Source: a virus. Taken from it: a stretch of 64,000 nt of DNA. Each line of letters opens with the position of its first letter. The first letter of the stretch is position 1. The notes under the pieces are model-generated. The model was not told the origin of the DNA, ran no database searches, and worked only from the letters and a program-made list of their open reading frames with translations. Location of the stretch: the IMG/VR virus record IMGVR_UViG_3300022925_000006; one strand, written 5' to 3'. The position numbers and the translations under genes were made by a program. This document shows, piece by piece, positions 26,942 through 36,614 of the stretch.

Positions 26942-27614
26942 TGTAATTTATCGTGGTGGGGCTGGTGGTGAATTTTTTGGAGGACTCTTACAAGAATTAG
27001 ACGGAGTCGCAACCAAACCACTGGTACACAATCCTACTACCGAAAGATGGTTTTTGCAAAGGGAAGATTATCAGTCACACGAACCAGAAGTGACAAGGAA
27101 TGACCCTAGAGAAGTGCAGAAGCCAGAATGGAATAAAGAACTGTGGAATATTAGATTAGACCATGGTTACGGTTTTCCGATTAACCAAGAGTTCTGGACA
27201 GATTATTGTTGGAACGATTGGGATGAAACGAAGACCATTGTGTTTATATCTAAGACCAAAGAGTCATTAGATTATACACAGGCACTCGCTAAGTGTAAGT
27301 TGGTTCGAGAAGAAGACCACAAGGCGGGCGAAGATATGATTAAGGATGGTATTCTTGCTCATGACCAGTTTTGGAATAGGCCGTGGGAATCACAGGCAGA
27401 GATGTTTGCGATGTGGATGGATACGATACCCACAGAACATTCCTTACTATTGGTTGACCCTTGTGAGTTATTTTTTAATGACAAGGAAGATACCAAGAAA
27501 GAATTAAAGAGGGTCAGTGAATATCTTGGAATGAAAGTACCAAGTCACTGGCAAAATAAGATAGAAGATTATAGACTCAAGAATAAAAGTCTTATAAATA
27601 GAACTATAGTTTAA
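26928..27614 (+). CDS. Hypothetical, possibly a P-loop/sulfotransferase-like fold
   Basis: N-terminal VIYRGGAGGEF loop. Confidence 0.45.
   Translation: MKVLNVIYRGGAGGEFFGGLLQELDGVATKPLVHNPTTERWFLQREDYQSHEPEVTRNDPREVQKPEWNKELWNIRLDHGYGFPINQEFWTDYCWNDWDETKTIVFISKTKESLDYTQALAKCKLVREEDHKAGEDMIKDGILAHDQFWNRPWESQAEMFAMWMDTIPTEHSLLLVDPCELFFNDKEDTKKELKRVSEYLGMKVPSHWQNKIEDYRLKNKSLINRTIV
27593..27600 (+). promoter_or_regulatory. T4-type late promoter
   Basis: Exact TATAAATA. Confidence 0.7.
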
Positions 27615-27633
27615 AAACTTATGGGAAACTGAG

Positions 27634-27912
27634 ATGGCACAACCAGAACTACAACGCCTCGATAGAATCGAGGAGAAGATAGACCGACTATCGGAAGCAA
27701 TGATTAGTCTTGCAAGGGCAGAAGAAAAACTTATTGCCATCGAAAAAAACAATCACAACAATACTGATAGAATGAACAGATTCTCACAAAAATTAGATGA
27801 TATAGAAAAGAAGGTGGACGACAATGCTCGTACCGTCTCAATTATTAATAAGGTCGTATATGTGATTGGTGTTGCATTTATCGGCGCAATCGTAAAATAC
27901 TTCTGGATGTAA
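27634..27912 (+). CDS. Coiled-coil protein with a C-terminal TM helix
   Basis: RLDRIEEKIDRL heptads; hydrophobic C-terminus. Confidence 0.7.
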   Translation: MAQPELQRLDRIEEKIDRLSEAMISLARAEEKLIAIEKNNHNNTDRMNRFSQKLDDIEKKVDDNARTVSIINKVVYVIGVAFIGAIVKYFWM

Positions 27913-27923
27913 CGGAGAAAACA

Positions 27924-28994
27924 ATGAAAACAGTTGACATAAAAAGACTAGGTGAAGCGTGGGCATCCGTAACATCTGGTGAATCTCAAATTGACGAAGC
28001 TCGTCAAATGAAAGACCCTAAGAAAGACACTATGGTCTCTAAGGGTGGTAAGACAATCGTAATCGATAAGTCAAAAGAGAAAGAATACCTCAAGAAAGGT
28101 TGGCAACTCGCAGAGAAACAAAAACTTGACCCTGTTGATGACAAGGCCAACGATAAAAATTTCAAAGACCGCAAAGACAAAGACATCGATAATGATGGTG
28201 ATGTAGATAGTTCTGATGAGTATCTGCATAAGAAACGTGCGGCCACTGACGATGCAATTGACGGTGGTAAGAAACCTGCTGACAATGCAAAAGTGAAAAA
28301 AGAAGAAGAAGAAGAGTCGGAAGATAAACCTAAGAAAAAGAATCCATTTGCCAAGAAAGACGATGGTGAAGAAAAAGATTCTGAAGACAATGGTGACGAA
28401 GAGTCAGATGACGAAGAAGAGAAACCTAAAGTTGCTGGCAAGAAAGACGACAAGAAGAAAGTCGCTTCTAATGCCAAGACTGCGGAAATCTCTAAGATTG
28501 GTGAAGATGTTGACCTAGTTGACGCAATCAAAGACCTACATAAGATGTGGGAAAGTGCTGCAAAACAACAGAAGTCTAATGCAACTAAACCAGAAGAGAT
28601 TGATTCTAAAGAATCACCTAAGTCTAAAGAGTTTGCTGCTGCACACAAGAAGTCTGATAAGAAGATTGAAGATGGTGAAGAAGCTGGTCATGACGTAACC
28701 TTTAAAGCAGGTACAGTAACCAAAGCAAACTCTGGTAAACGTCCAGTGGATAATGCTACTGGTGACAAGAATGTTGTTAAATCAACTGAAGCACCTACTA
28801 AAAAACTTAAAGAGGGTGCTCAAGTAGTTGATGCATCTACTCAACATGGTTCTATATCATTAGTTGATATGGCACGGGCACAACTTGCAGGTGACATGAA
28901 GACTATGGATAAAGAAAAAGAGAAGAAAGCATATGACGCTCGTACTAAAGAAGCAAAAGCTTTCCTTGAAAGAATGGCAAAACGAAGAGGTTAA
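27924..28994 (+). CDS. Highly charged low-complexity late protein (scaffold/internal-protein-like)
   Basis: Rich in K, E and D; DIDNDGDVDSSDEYL Ca-binding-like motif. Confidence 0.65.
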   Translation: MKTVDIKRLGEAWASVTSGESQIDEARQMKDPKKDTMVSKGGKTIVIDKSKEKEYLKKGWQLAEKQKLDPVDDKANDKNFKDRKDKDIDNDGDVDSSDEYLHKKRAATDDAIDGGKKPADNAKVKKEEEEESEDKPKKKNPFAKKDDGEEKDSEDNGDEESDDEEEKPKVAGKKDDKKKVASNAKTAEISKIGEDVDLVDAIKDLHKMWESAAKQQKSNATKPEEIDSKESPKSKEFAAAHKKSDKKIEDGEEAGHDVTFKAGTVTKANSGKRPVDNATGDKNVVKSTEAPTKKLKEGAQVVDASTQHGSISLVDMARAQLAGDMKTMDKEKEKKAYDARTKEAKAFLERMAKRRG

Positions 28995-28996
28995 TT

Positions 28997-29347
28997 ATGA
29001 CTATTAAAGCCCCCGCATGGTGTGAAAATGCCGTCCCTACCGCAAATGGATGGGAAGACCCTGTATCTGGTGAATTGTATTCATCTGGTGGATTCACTCA
29101 AGAACAAATTGATGAGTTTCATGGTATTGCACCTAAACCACAACCACAGGTTTTAACCGAAGTTCCAAAAAATAACTTTGTGAAGACTCCTGTTCAAACA
29201 TTGACTGAAGCCCCTGTTGGTGGTAAGTCTCTAGATGAAATGACTAAAGTTGAACTAGAAGCGCTTGGACGTACTTACGGTATTGAACTAGACCGTAGAC
29301 AACACAAAGAAACTCTAATAGAGCAAATATCTGACATAATTGGCTAG
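28997..29347 (+). CDS. Hypothetical with a C-terminal Rho-N/HeH-like helix pair
   Basis: LDEMTKVELEALGRTYGIEL....KETLIEQI. Confidence 0.55.
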   Translation: MTIKAPAWCENAVPTANGWEDPVSGELYSSGGFTQEQIDEFHGIAPKPQPQVLTEVPKNNFVKTPVQTLTEAPVGGKSLDEMTKVELEALGRTYGIELDRRQHKETLIEQISDIIG

Positions 29348-29349
29348 TT

Positions 29350-30090
29350 ATGAATCTGCTGGCAAAGGCGAATGAATATATTGTAGGAAATAGTGGATAC
29401 GGAATTATAGGTCTGTTCTACATAAGTCTTGCAGTTGTCGGATATGATTTAACAATCAATCAGAACTGGTCATTGTTGTGGTGGTATCCTGTAGGAACTG
29501 TCATAATGTTGGTACTCAGTTCTGCATTCTACCATCGTTCAATCGCACACCCAACATGGAAGTGTCCAAACTGGTTGAGATATCCATTGACGTTTATCTC
29601 AACTGGTCTTGGATTAGGTGCGGTAATTCCTTGGGTCGCAACCCATAGACAACACCACTACCATTCAGAAGTAGACGGTGACCCACATGGGCCGCAGTAT
29701 TCTCTTCGACACAATCTCAACATCTATCTTACCAAACCCAACTTTATGTATGTCAGAGACATACTGAGAGACCCCCTATATGTTGCACAATTAAAATACT
29801 TTTGGTTGTGGGCAGCAATTACTATTGGTCTGTTTAGTTTAATGTTTGGATTTGTTGAATGGGCATTTGTATATGTTACCATGATTGTACACCAAGTATT
29901 CTTGTTATATGTTGGTCATATCAGATGGATTCCACAGAATGGATGGAAAGGACATTTCCTTGGACTCATTTATTCACCTGAAATCTATCACCTAAAGCAT
30001 CATGATAAACCCATGAACGCTAGACTTGGTAAAGTTGATTTACCCTATTTGTTATTAATTAAGTGGTTCAAACACAATGGTGCTAGATAG
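29350..30090 (+). CDS. Membrane fatty-acid (delta-9-type) desaturase
   Basis: His boxes YHRSIAH, HRQHH, DPHGP, YHLKHH; TM helices. Confidence 0.85.
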   Translation: MNLLAKANEYIVGNSGYGIIGLFYISLAVVGYDLTINQNWSLLWWYPVGTVIMLVLSSAFYHRSIAHPTWKCPNWLRYPLTFISTGLGLGAVIPWVATHRQHHYHSEVDGDPHGPQYSLRHNLNIYLTKPNFMYVRDILRDPLYVAQLKYFWLWAAITIGLFSLMFGFVEWAFVYVTMIVHQVFLLYVGHIRWIPQNGWKGHFLGLIYSPEIYHLKHHDKPMNARLGKVDLPYLLLIKWFKHNGAR

Positions 30091-31057
30091 AAATCTAATT
30101 CATTCCGACTTTATATTATACCCACATAGAATAAAACGAGAAAAGTTCTTTGAGGAAATTGACCGTGCAAAGAACTATCTATCAACACGATTCTCTAAGG
30201 GTGACCATATAACGATTGGATATACCAATAATAATATAACAAGTCTTGCGTTTATATTCGCATCCTTTGAACTTGGTATTGCAGTAAAGGTAATGAGTGA
30301 ACCCTTTTTCTGCGGCCCAGAGTTCGACCCAGAACGTTTTGAACATCTATTGACATTGATGAAAGATTATGATACAATAGACGGACGTTGGATACTTGAT
30401 GGTATGGTCAACGATAGAGATGATGAGATACTAGGTGGACGTGCTACAAAAAGAGATATCTTTGGCAGTTCATTTCAGAATATGATAAATGAACTAGGTA
30501 TCCCAAACTATTATATGGGAGATTATAAATCCTCCATAACAAATACCATCGATGTTGATGTTGCGCCAACAGATAATGCAACGTCTTACTTTGAGGGTGG
30601 CGATTGGTTAAGTGTTCCACCAGTAAAGTTTAAGTCTCACGAATATGTCTTAGAGAAGGTCAATAACCAACACATATGTTTTAAAGATAAGGTTGTTGGA
30701 TTAACAAAGAACATGCATCATGACAATGCACTGGAGAGATTGATACTACCCGCAATGATGCATAGTAGTAAATTAGTTGACTTTCAGATTCCTGAACCTG
30801 ACTTTGGTGGATTCTTTGTTACAAACGACAAAATAAGTATAGAGGAAATGTTTGATTACATCTTGACCTTTGTGGATAAACTCATTGATGTGTTTGAAGT
30901 CGATATTATTATGGCTCCAAGCGATGATACTTTATTTGAGTGGTTGAGTCGTAGAGATACTGACTTCAAAAAAACACTAGAGATTATACTTCACGACAAG
31001 ATTACCGATGAACATAGAAAATGGGAATCTGAATTAGATATTAAATTTGTTATATAA
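30077..31057 (+). CDS. Degenerate adenylation (ANL)-like protein; paralog of 38117
   Basis: KGDHITIG....LAFIFASFELGI and NMHHDNAL match the paralog; the SGTTG loop is lost. Confidence 0.5.
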   Translation: MVLDRNLIHSDFILYPHRIKREKFFEEIDRAKNYLSTRFSKGDHITIGYTNNNITSLAFIFASFELGIAVKVMSEPFFCGPEFDPERFEHLLTLMKDYDTIDGRWILDGMVNDRDDEILGGRATKRDIFGSSFQNMINELGIPNYYMGDYKSSITNTIDVDVAPTDNATSYFEGGDWLSVPPVKFKSHEYVLEKVNNQHICFKDKVVGLTKNMHHDNALERLILPAMMHSSKLVDFQIPEPDFGGFFVTNDKISIEEMFDYILTFVDKLIDVFEVDIIMAPSDDTLFEWLSRRDTDFKKTLEIILHDKITDEHRKWESELDIKFVI

Positions 31058-31074
31058 ATGATATACATACCTAC

Positions 31075-31434
31075 ATGATGAAATTGACAAAAGACAACCT
31101 CACCCTATACGCCGCACAAAACTATCACAACCCTCGTTGTATTGATAGTGAGGAGTTCTTCGAAGACCTCAAGAAAATAAAATACATCAAACGATTACTC
31201 AATCGTTATAGAGATACTGGCATACTGTCAGAACGTCTTATTCTAAACCACCTTATCGTTATATTTAATGTGTTCGGTTACGAAGCAGGATTGAATATCC
31301 TAGAACTCAAGATTGAATTGGAACACTGGGGTGTACTCAAACCCTTTCTAATCTTTCTTAAAGCAATCAAGAATACCGAATACACCAATATCGAAATGGA
31401 CAAAATAGTAGTTGAAGCTTTAAGAACGATATGA
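31075..31434 (+). CDS. Conserved T4-like hypothetical protein
   Basis: YAAQNY.NP.C...EEF.EDLK.IKYIKRL...ERLILNH.I..FNVFG. Confidence 0.7.
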   Translation: MMKLTKDNLTLYAAQNYHNPRCIDSEEFFEDLKKIKYIKRLLNRYRDTGILSERLILNHLIVIFNVFGYEAGLNILELKIELEHWGVLKPFLIFLKAIKNTEYTNIEMDKIVVEALRTI

Positions 31435-31883
31435 TTATTCCCACAGAATCTAAGTGTGGTGACTGCACCGTATGTTGTGAAATCATGGGTTATACTGGTG
31501 CATGGAAGAGTGTGGATAGATATAACGAAGCCGAGTTCTATGGTGTAGATTATGGTGCGTGGAGTACTTGTAGTAAACTCTGCAATACTGGATGTTCTAT
31601 CCAAGAAGACAAACCAAAGATATGCGAAGAGTTCTTTTGTTCTTATATTCAACATGACCTAGAAGACCACTATCGTCCAAAGGACTTTGGATTTGTTGCT
31701 AACATACAACCGTGGGATGGTGCATTAAGTATCCTTTCAATGGATAAAACTCTACCACCAGAAATTCAGTATGACAATAACAAAAAACGTTTAGATGATT
31801 TAATAGAGGAAATACTAGTCGCAGAAGGTAAACAATTAAAAGTTCGGTTACGTACTAAACAGGGAACAATTAGATTACGATGA
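31431..31883 (+). CDS. YkgJ-like Cys-rich Fe-S/Zn protein
   Basis: CGDCTVCC ... C..L...GCSI...KP.IC..F.C. Confidence 0.7.
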   Translation: MIIPTESKCGDCTVCCEIMGYTGAWKSVDRYNEAEFYGVDYGAWSTCSKLCNTGCSIQEDKPKICEEFFCSYIQHDLEDHYRPKDFGFVANIQPWDGALSILSMDKTLPPEIQYDNNKKRLDDLIEEILVAEGKQLKVRLRTKQGTIRLR

Positions 31884-33265
31884 AGTTCTTTATATGTGAT
31901 GACCATAAGAAGTTTACCAAGACTGAGTTTGTATCTTTCGGTAGGTGGCATTTTTACTATGACGATAAAGTATCTGTTTATAAAGGAAAAGACTTTATTG
32001 TACTTTACTCTGGGTATTTGATTGAGGGTGACATAGAAGAAGTTGCTTCAAACTTTAGTTTCCATGATGCAAACGGAAACTTCTTTGCCGTTAAGCTGAC
32101 CAAAACTGATTACGAAATATCTGTTGACTACTTCAACAATCACAAGATATTTACTGCGGACAAGTATGGGATTGAGATTACCAATCATTTACCATATATG
32201 ACAATCAAAGAAGAAGATGTTGTCCGAAAAAAAATTAGATATGATTACAGACGTGAGATATATCCGATACAACAAGAAACTTTCTTTACTCACATTACTT
32301 CGTTTCTTCCTGACTACGACTATATTGAAGATTGTAAACAAGCACTCAAACAAGAAGTTTGGGATGTAGATGAACTTACCGATTACATACACGAATGCAT
32401 GTCACAACATGCACAAGTAATCAAAGACAAATACAAGAATAGATTTATCTCTCTGAGTGAGGGATTAGATTCTGCGGTTCAGTCTCAGTACTTCAAGGAT
32501 GACCCACAATATCTGTATCACATCTATCCGTGTGATGCGGGTGATGACGGACTCAAATACAAAGAGATTGCACAAAACAACTTCACTAATACTCAGATGT
32601 TCAAGTATGAGTCTTCAAGGAATAAAGAATACACCCATAAATTTTTAAGAGATTCATCTACTCGTTGGTCTACTATTCTACCGACCATGATACAGGTAGA
32701 GGAGGCAAATCCTGATATCGTTTTATACGGTGTTAATGGTGATGAGATGTTCTTCCGTGATTTGTTTCCACACCTATACTTATTAACTCTGAAGTATCAC
32801 GACAAAAGTGTATGGTATATTCATAACAAGATTATAGATGACCTTGAACCCAAAAGAGGTCAATATGGTGCAAACTATACACTAGGAGCATATAAGAATA
32901 CAGATGATTATGTAGAAGAATTTGTGGATGATTGCTTGCATTCTGGGATGAATCGTGATATAATAGAAGGTATGATGCATTTACAGATGACACCTAAGAT
33001 GTACACCCGTGCAATTAGTTGTAACAATGATGTGATTACGGCATCTCTATATAATGATAGACGAATCTACCATGAAGTATTTAAACTAAACACTGAGTTT
33101 TTGGAAGAGTACGCAATGGATTCTCCTATTCAGAGAAAGATACTGGAGAAGTTTGATTACAAATTTACGACACCCCATAAAGATGTGTTATATGCAGATT
33201 ATGATGGGATATTAAATAACATTTTTTCTGCGACTGTGCCAAGTTGTATGGAACAAAACATATAA
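31880..33265 (+). CDS. Asparagine-synthetase-like amide ligase
   Basis: ANGNFF in the N-domain; SLSEGLDS PP-loop; GVNGDEMF. No N-terminal Cys. Confidence 0.7.
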   Translation: MKFFICDDHKKFTKTEFVSFGRWHFYYDDKVSVYKGKDFIVLYSGYLIEGDIEEVASNFSFHDANGNFFAVKLTKTDYEISVDYFNNHKIFTADKYGIEITNHLPYMTIKEEDVVRKKIRYDYRREIYPIQQETFFTHITSFLPDYDYIEDCKQALKQEVWDVDELTDYIHECMSQHAQVIKDKYKNRFISLSEGLDSAVQSQYFKDDPQYLYHIYPCDAGDDGLKYKEIAQNNFTNTQMFKYESSRNKEYTHKFLRDSSTRWSTILPTMIQVEEANPDIVLYGVNGDEMFFRDLFPHLYLLTLKYHDKSVWYIHNKIIDDLEPKRGQYGANYTLGAYKNTDDYVEEFVDDCLHSGMNRDIIEGMMHLQMTPKMYTRAISCNNDVITASLYNDRRIYHEVFKLNTEFLEEYAMDSPIQRKILEKFDYKFTTPHKDVLYADYDGILNNIFSATVPSCMEQNI

Positions 33266-33268
33266 ATA
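33261..33268 (+). promoter_or_regulatory. T4-type late promoter
   Basis: TATAAATA-aagtt-ATG. Confidence 0.8.
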
Positions 33269-33273
33269 AAGTT

Positions 33274-33876
33274 ATGGGATTACTTAAATCAGCAGCAGAC
33301 CTAGTCTATACGATTCGATTCTTGAAATTGTTAGTCACTCCGTTCGAGAAGACTGACGCATTCAAGGCGGGTATTATTGACGAAGATGGGCAAAAACGCA
33401 AAGACTTCAATACAAATAGTACTGATGACCGTGAAGCATACCGTTCTCATTATACACCATTTCACCGTCTTGTATTTAATCTAAAACGTTTGATGGCAAA
33501 AGTGCCTGGCGGTCAATCGGTGATTGCACGTTATGGTGCCGCTCTGGCCTTAATTAAAGAGGATGGTCAGTTGAGTGATGCACGTATTATGCAAATCCAT
33601 GAAGAGACTGGTATTGATATTCTAGATGTCCTCGCAGAAGAAACCTCGTGGTTTATGCTTGAGGACAAAGAACTGTCGCCTGGCATTTACCGCATGAAAC
33701 ATGATACTGTGACTGCAACAAAATGTGAAGATATTGTAAAGAAGGGCGATAAAATAAGGATTGTAGAGACAGACGCAAAACCAATTGATGAGATTCTTGG
33801 TCTGGACATCTACAAAGGAATACACCAAAACTCTAAACAGTGGGTGTATTTTACAAGTGGGGAGATTACCCGATGA
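33274..33876 (+). CDS. Conserved T4-like late protein
   Basis: D.VYT.RFLKLLVTPF..T.AF..GIID..G; YT.FHRLVFNLKRL. Confidence 0.7.
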   Translation: MGLLKSAADLVYTIRFLKLLVTPFEKTDAFKAGIIDEDGQKRKDFNTNSTDDREAYRSHYTPFHRLVFNLKRLMAKVPGGQSVIARYGAALALIKEDGQLSDARIMQIHEETGIDILDVLAEETSWFMLEDKELSPGIYRMKHDTVTATKCEDIVKKGDKIRIVETDAKPIDEILGLDIYKGIHQNSKQWVYFTSGEITR

Positions 33877-34052
33877 AGAAATTTAAACAGTTTGAGGAAG
33901 AGATGACTGGCACAACTGCGGTTGCAGGTGCAGGTGACGATAGTGAAACCGTACCAGTATATCTTGGTAAGAAGAAGAAGAAAAAGAAACCTGATGTAGT
34001 AAAAAGGTTTGTAGACACTAGAAAAGAAATGAGAAAACGTTGGAGTAAATAA
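33873..34052 (+). CDS. Small putative internal head protein
   Basis: MKKFKQFEEE CTS-like start; GGGAG SD. Confidence 0.6.
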   Translation: MKKFKQFEEEMTGTTAVAGAGDDSETVPVYLGKKKKKKKPDVVKRFVDTRKEMRKRWSK

Positions 34053-34513
34053 TGTTAAGTGGATTACTAGGTAGTGTGTTAGGATTTGGTGGTTCTGTTG
34101 TACCCGCAATCACTGACCACTTTAAAACAAAAGCAAACAACAAATTTGAACTTGAAAAAATGGGTAAGATGGCGGAACTACGTGCCGCTGGATTTGACCA
34201 AGAGTTCAGAATGTACGAAACAAAAGCGGATGATAATGAACATGATAGATTGGTTCAGCATGACATTAGTATCAATCAAGGGACAGGATTTATTGCTGGT
34301 CTTCAGAAGTCGGTTAGACCTATTATCACCTACTGTTTTTTCGGACTTTTCTGTGCTATTGAAGTTACCCTTTTGATGCAAGCACTGGAAGAGGGTAGGT
34401 CAATCTCCGACTCACTCAATATCCTCTGGGACGATGACACAAAGGCAATCTTTGCTGCAATTATCTCGTTCTGGTTTGGTTCTCGTGCTATTGATAAGTC
34501 TCGTAGAAAATAA
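34052..34513 (+). CDS. Holin-like (3TM-type) membrane protein
   Basis: SVRPIITY, TM helices, FWFGSRA C-terminus. Confidence 0.6.
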   Translation: MLSGLLGSVLGFGGSVVPAITDHFKTKANNKFELEKMGKMAELRAAGFDQEFRMYETKADDNEHDRLVQHDISINQGTGFIAGLQKSVRPIITYCFFGLFCAIEVTLLMQALEEGRSISDSLNILWDDDTKAIFAAIISFWFGSRAIDKSRRK

Positions 34514-34516
34514 GCC

Positions 34517-34545
34517 TTGACTTTTTACCCTAACTAGGGTACAAT
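34517..34545 (+). promoter_or_regulatory. sigma70-type promoter for nrdAB
   Basis: TTGACT-17-TACAAT. Confidence 0.65.
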
Positions 34546-34616
34546 ACAAAAACTGAAAAACTCTGGCGTGATATATACTATTACGCCCTGAAAAACTATA
34601 CTCTATGGAAAAGTAA

Positions 34617-36611
34617 ATGCCCCTAAAAATTGATAAAAAGAAAGACAAACTGCTAGCAGAATACGCAGTTGGAATGTTAAAAGATTTCTACCTAAATGAT
34701 TATGAAAAGAGTCCCCAAGAAGGATTCGCAAGGGCAGCTAAAGCATGGAGTAAGTATAGAGACGAGATGGACGAAGACCTCGCACAACGTCTATATGACT
34801 ATGTGTCTAATAAGTGGTTTATGTTCGCATCTCCTGTATTATCCAATGCACCCAACGGTCACGACCAAAAGAACAAAGGGATGCCTATCTCTTGTTTTCT
34901 TACCTACGTACCCGACACACTTGAGGGACTGATTGGTCACTCTTCTGAATTACGTTGGTTATCCGTTTATGGTGGTGGTGTCGGTGGACACTGGTCAGAC
35001 GTAAGAACTGTATCAGACATTGCGCCTGGCCCTATGCCGTTCCTACACACTGTTGATGCCGACATGATTGCATATAGACAGGGTAAGACTCGTAAGGGTT
35101 CATATGCAGCCTATATGGACGTACATCATCCTGATATTGTGGAATTCATGAATATGAGAATTCCTACAGGTGACGTTCAACGTAAGGCATTAAACTTACA
35201 CAATGCAATTAATATTACCGATGAGTTCATGGAAGCTGTTCATGCAAATAAAGAGTTTGCATTGCGTGACCCCAAAGACGATTCTGTCAAAGAAACTATT
35301 AATGCTCGTAAATTATGGGAACGTATTATAGAGATTAGGTTCCGTACAGGCGAACCATATCTGAACTTTATTGATACCGCAAACGCATCACTACCAGAAC
35401 CATTAAAAGAGAAAGGTCTAAAGATACACGGGTCAAACCTGTGTAATGAGATTCATCTTCCAACCAGTGCAGATAGAACTGCGGTGTGTTGTTTGTCGTC
35501 TCTCAACTTAGAATATTACGATGAATGGAAAGATACAACTATTGTCCGTGATATTGTGCGGATGCTTGACAATGTCTTGCAGTACTTTATTGAGAACGCA
35601 CCAGACACAATCGCCCGTGCAAAGTACAGTGCAGAACGAGAAAGAAGTATCGGACTCGGAGCAATGGGATTCCACAGTCTCTTGCAAAAACATGGAGTCG
35701 CATGGGAAAGTGAAACGGCAAGAGAAATCAATCGAACCGTGTTCCAACACATTAACAAAGAAGCCCATAAAGAAACCGAACTCCTTGCAGAAGAAAGGGG
35801 TGAGTATCCTGATGGTATTGGGTCTGGTAAGAGAAACTCCCATCTTATTGCCATTGCCCCTAACGCATCCAGTGGAGTAATATTATCAACCAGTCCCTCT
35901 ATAGAACCATTGAAAGCCAATGCGTACACTCATAGAACTCGTGCTGGTTCATTTCTTGTAAAGAATAAATACCTTACTCAATTACTTGATGAGAAGGGTC
36001 AGAACAATGAATCTAACTGGACTTCTATTATTACTAAGAAGGGTTCGGTACAACACCTACCATTCCTCACAGAAGGTGAGAAGGCAATCTTTAGAACTGC
36101 TGATGAGTTAGACCAAAATTGGGTAGTTCAACATGCAGCTGAACGTCAAGAGTTTATCTGTCAAGGACAGAGTGTTAATCTATTCTTCCCGTCTGGTTGT
36201 GAAAAGTCATATGTAAACAGGGTGCATCTGAAAGCATGGAAAGAAGGACTCAAGGGTCTCTACTACTTGCGTACAGAGGCAAAACAAAGAGCAGAGAACG
36301 TATCCGAGAAAGTAGAACGTGTCGCACTCCAAGGCGATACTCGTAGTATTGTCTATGGTAAGTCTGATTGCCCTTTCTGTTCCATGGCAAAGGAAGAACT
36401 CAAGTTGAGAGGCATTCCTTATGATTATATTGACCTACAAGAACTCGGAAAAACTACAAAAGAAGTAACAGGACGAGATGTTAAGACCGTTCCACAAATA
36501 TATATCGAAGGTGAGTATGTAGGTGGGTATGATGACTTAATGGAATATTTTAACAAACCAATAATAACAGAAACAGACGCAGACGATGAATGTCGTGCGT
36601 GTGAGGGATAA
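34617..36611 (+). CDS. nrdA: Class Ia ribonucleotide reductase alpha subunit with a fused glutaredoxin
   Basis: PISCF, GSNLCNE, VCCLSS, APNASS, LKGLYY; then CPFC...KTVPQIYIEGEYVGGYDDL; C-terminal CRACEG. Confidence 0.95.
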   Translation: MPLKIDKKKDKLLAEYAVGMLKDFYLNDYEKSPQEGFARAAKAWSKYRDEMDEDLAQRLYDYVSNKWFMFASPVLSNAPNGHDQKNKGMPISCFLTYVPDTLEGLIGHSSELRWLSVYGGGVGGHWSDVRTVSDIAPGPMPFLHTVDADMIAYRQGKTRKGSYAAYMDVHHPDIVEFMNMRIPTGDVQRKALNLHNAINITDEFMEAVHANKEFALRDPKDDSVKETINARKLWERIIEIRFRTGEPYLNFIDTANASLPEPLKEKGLKIHGSNLCNEIHLPTSADRTAVCCLSSLNLEYYDEWKDTTIVRDIVRMLDNVLQYFIENAPDTIARAKYSAERERSIGLGAMGFHSLLQKHGVAWESETAREINRTVFQHINKEAHKETELLAEERGEYPDGIGSGKRNSHLIAIAPNASSGVILSTSPSIEPLKANAYTHRTRAGSFLVKNKYLTQLLDEKGQNNESNWTSIITKKGSVQHLPFLTEGEKAIFRTADELDQNWVVQHAAERQEFICQGQSVNLFFPSGCEKSYVNRVHLKAWKEGLKGLYYLRTEAKQRAENVSEKVERVALQGDTRSIVYGKSDCPFCSMAKEELKLRGIPYDYIDLQELGKTTKEVTGRDVKTVPQIYIEGEYVGGYDDLMEYFNKPIITETDADDECRACEG

Positions 36612-36614
36612 CCA

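Noticed and set aside
28004-28648. 214-aa Ser/Leu/Phe-rich minus-strand ORF, and similar antisense ORFs at 21610, 24986, 42985 and 58220
   Set aside because: Shadow frames of + strand genes (K/E/D-rich in several cases); no SD, promoter or protein motifs.
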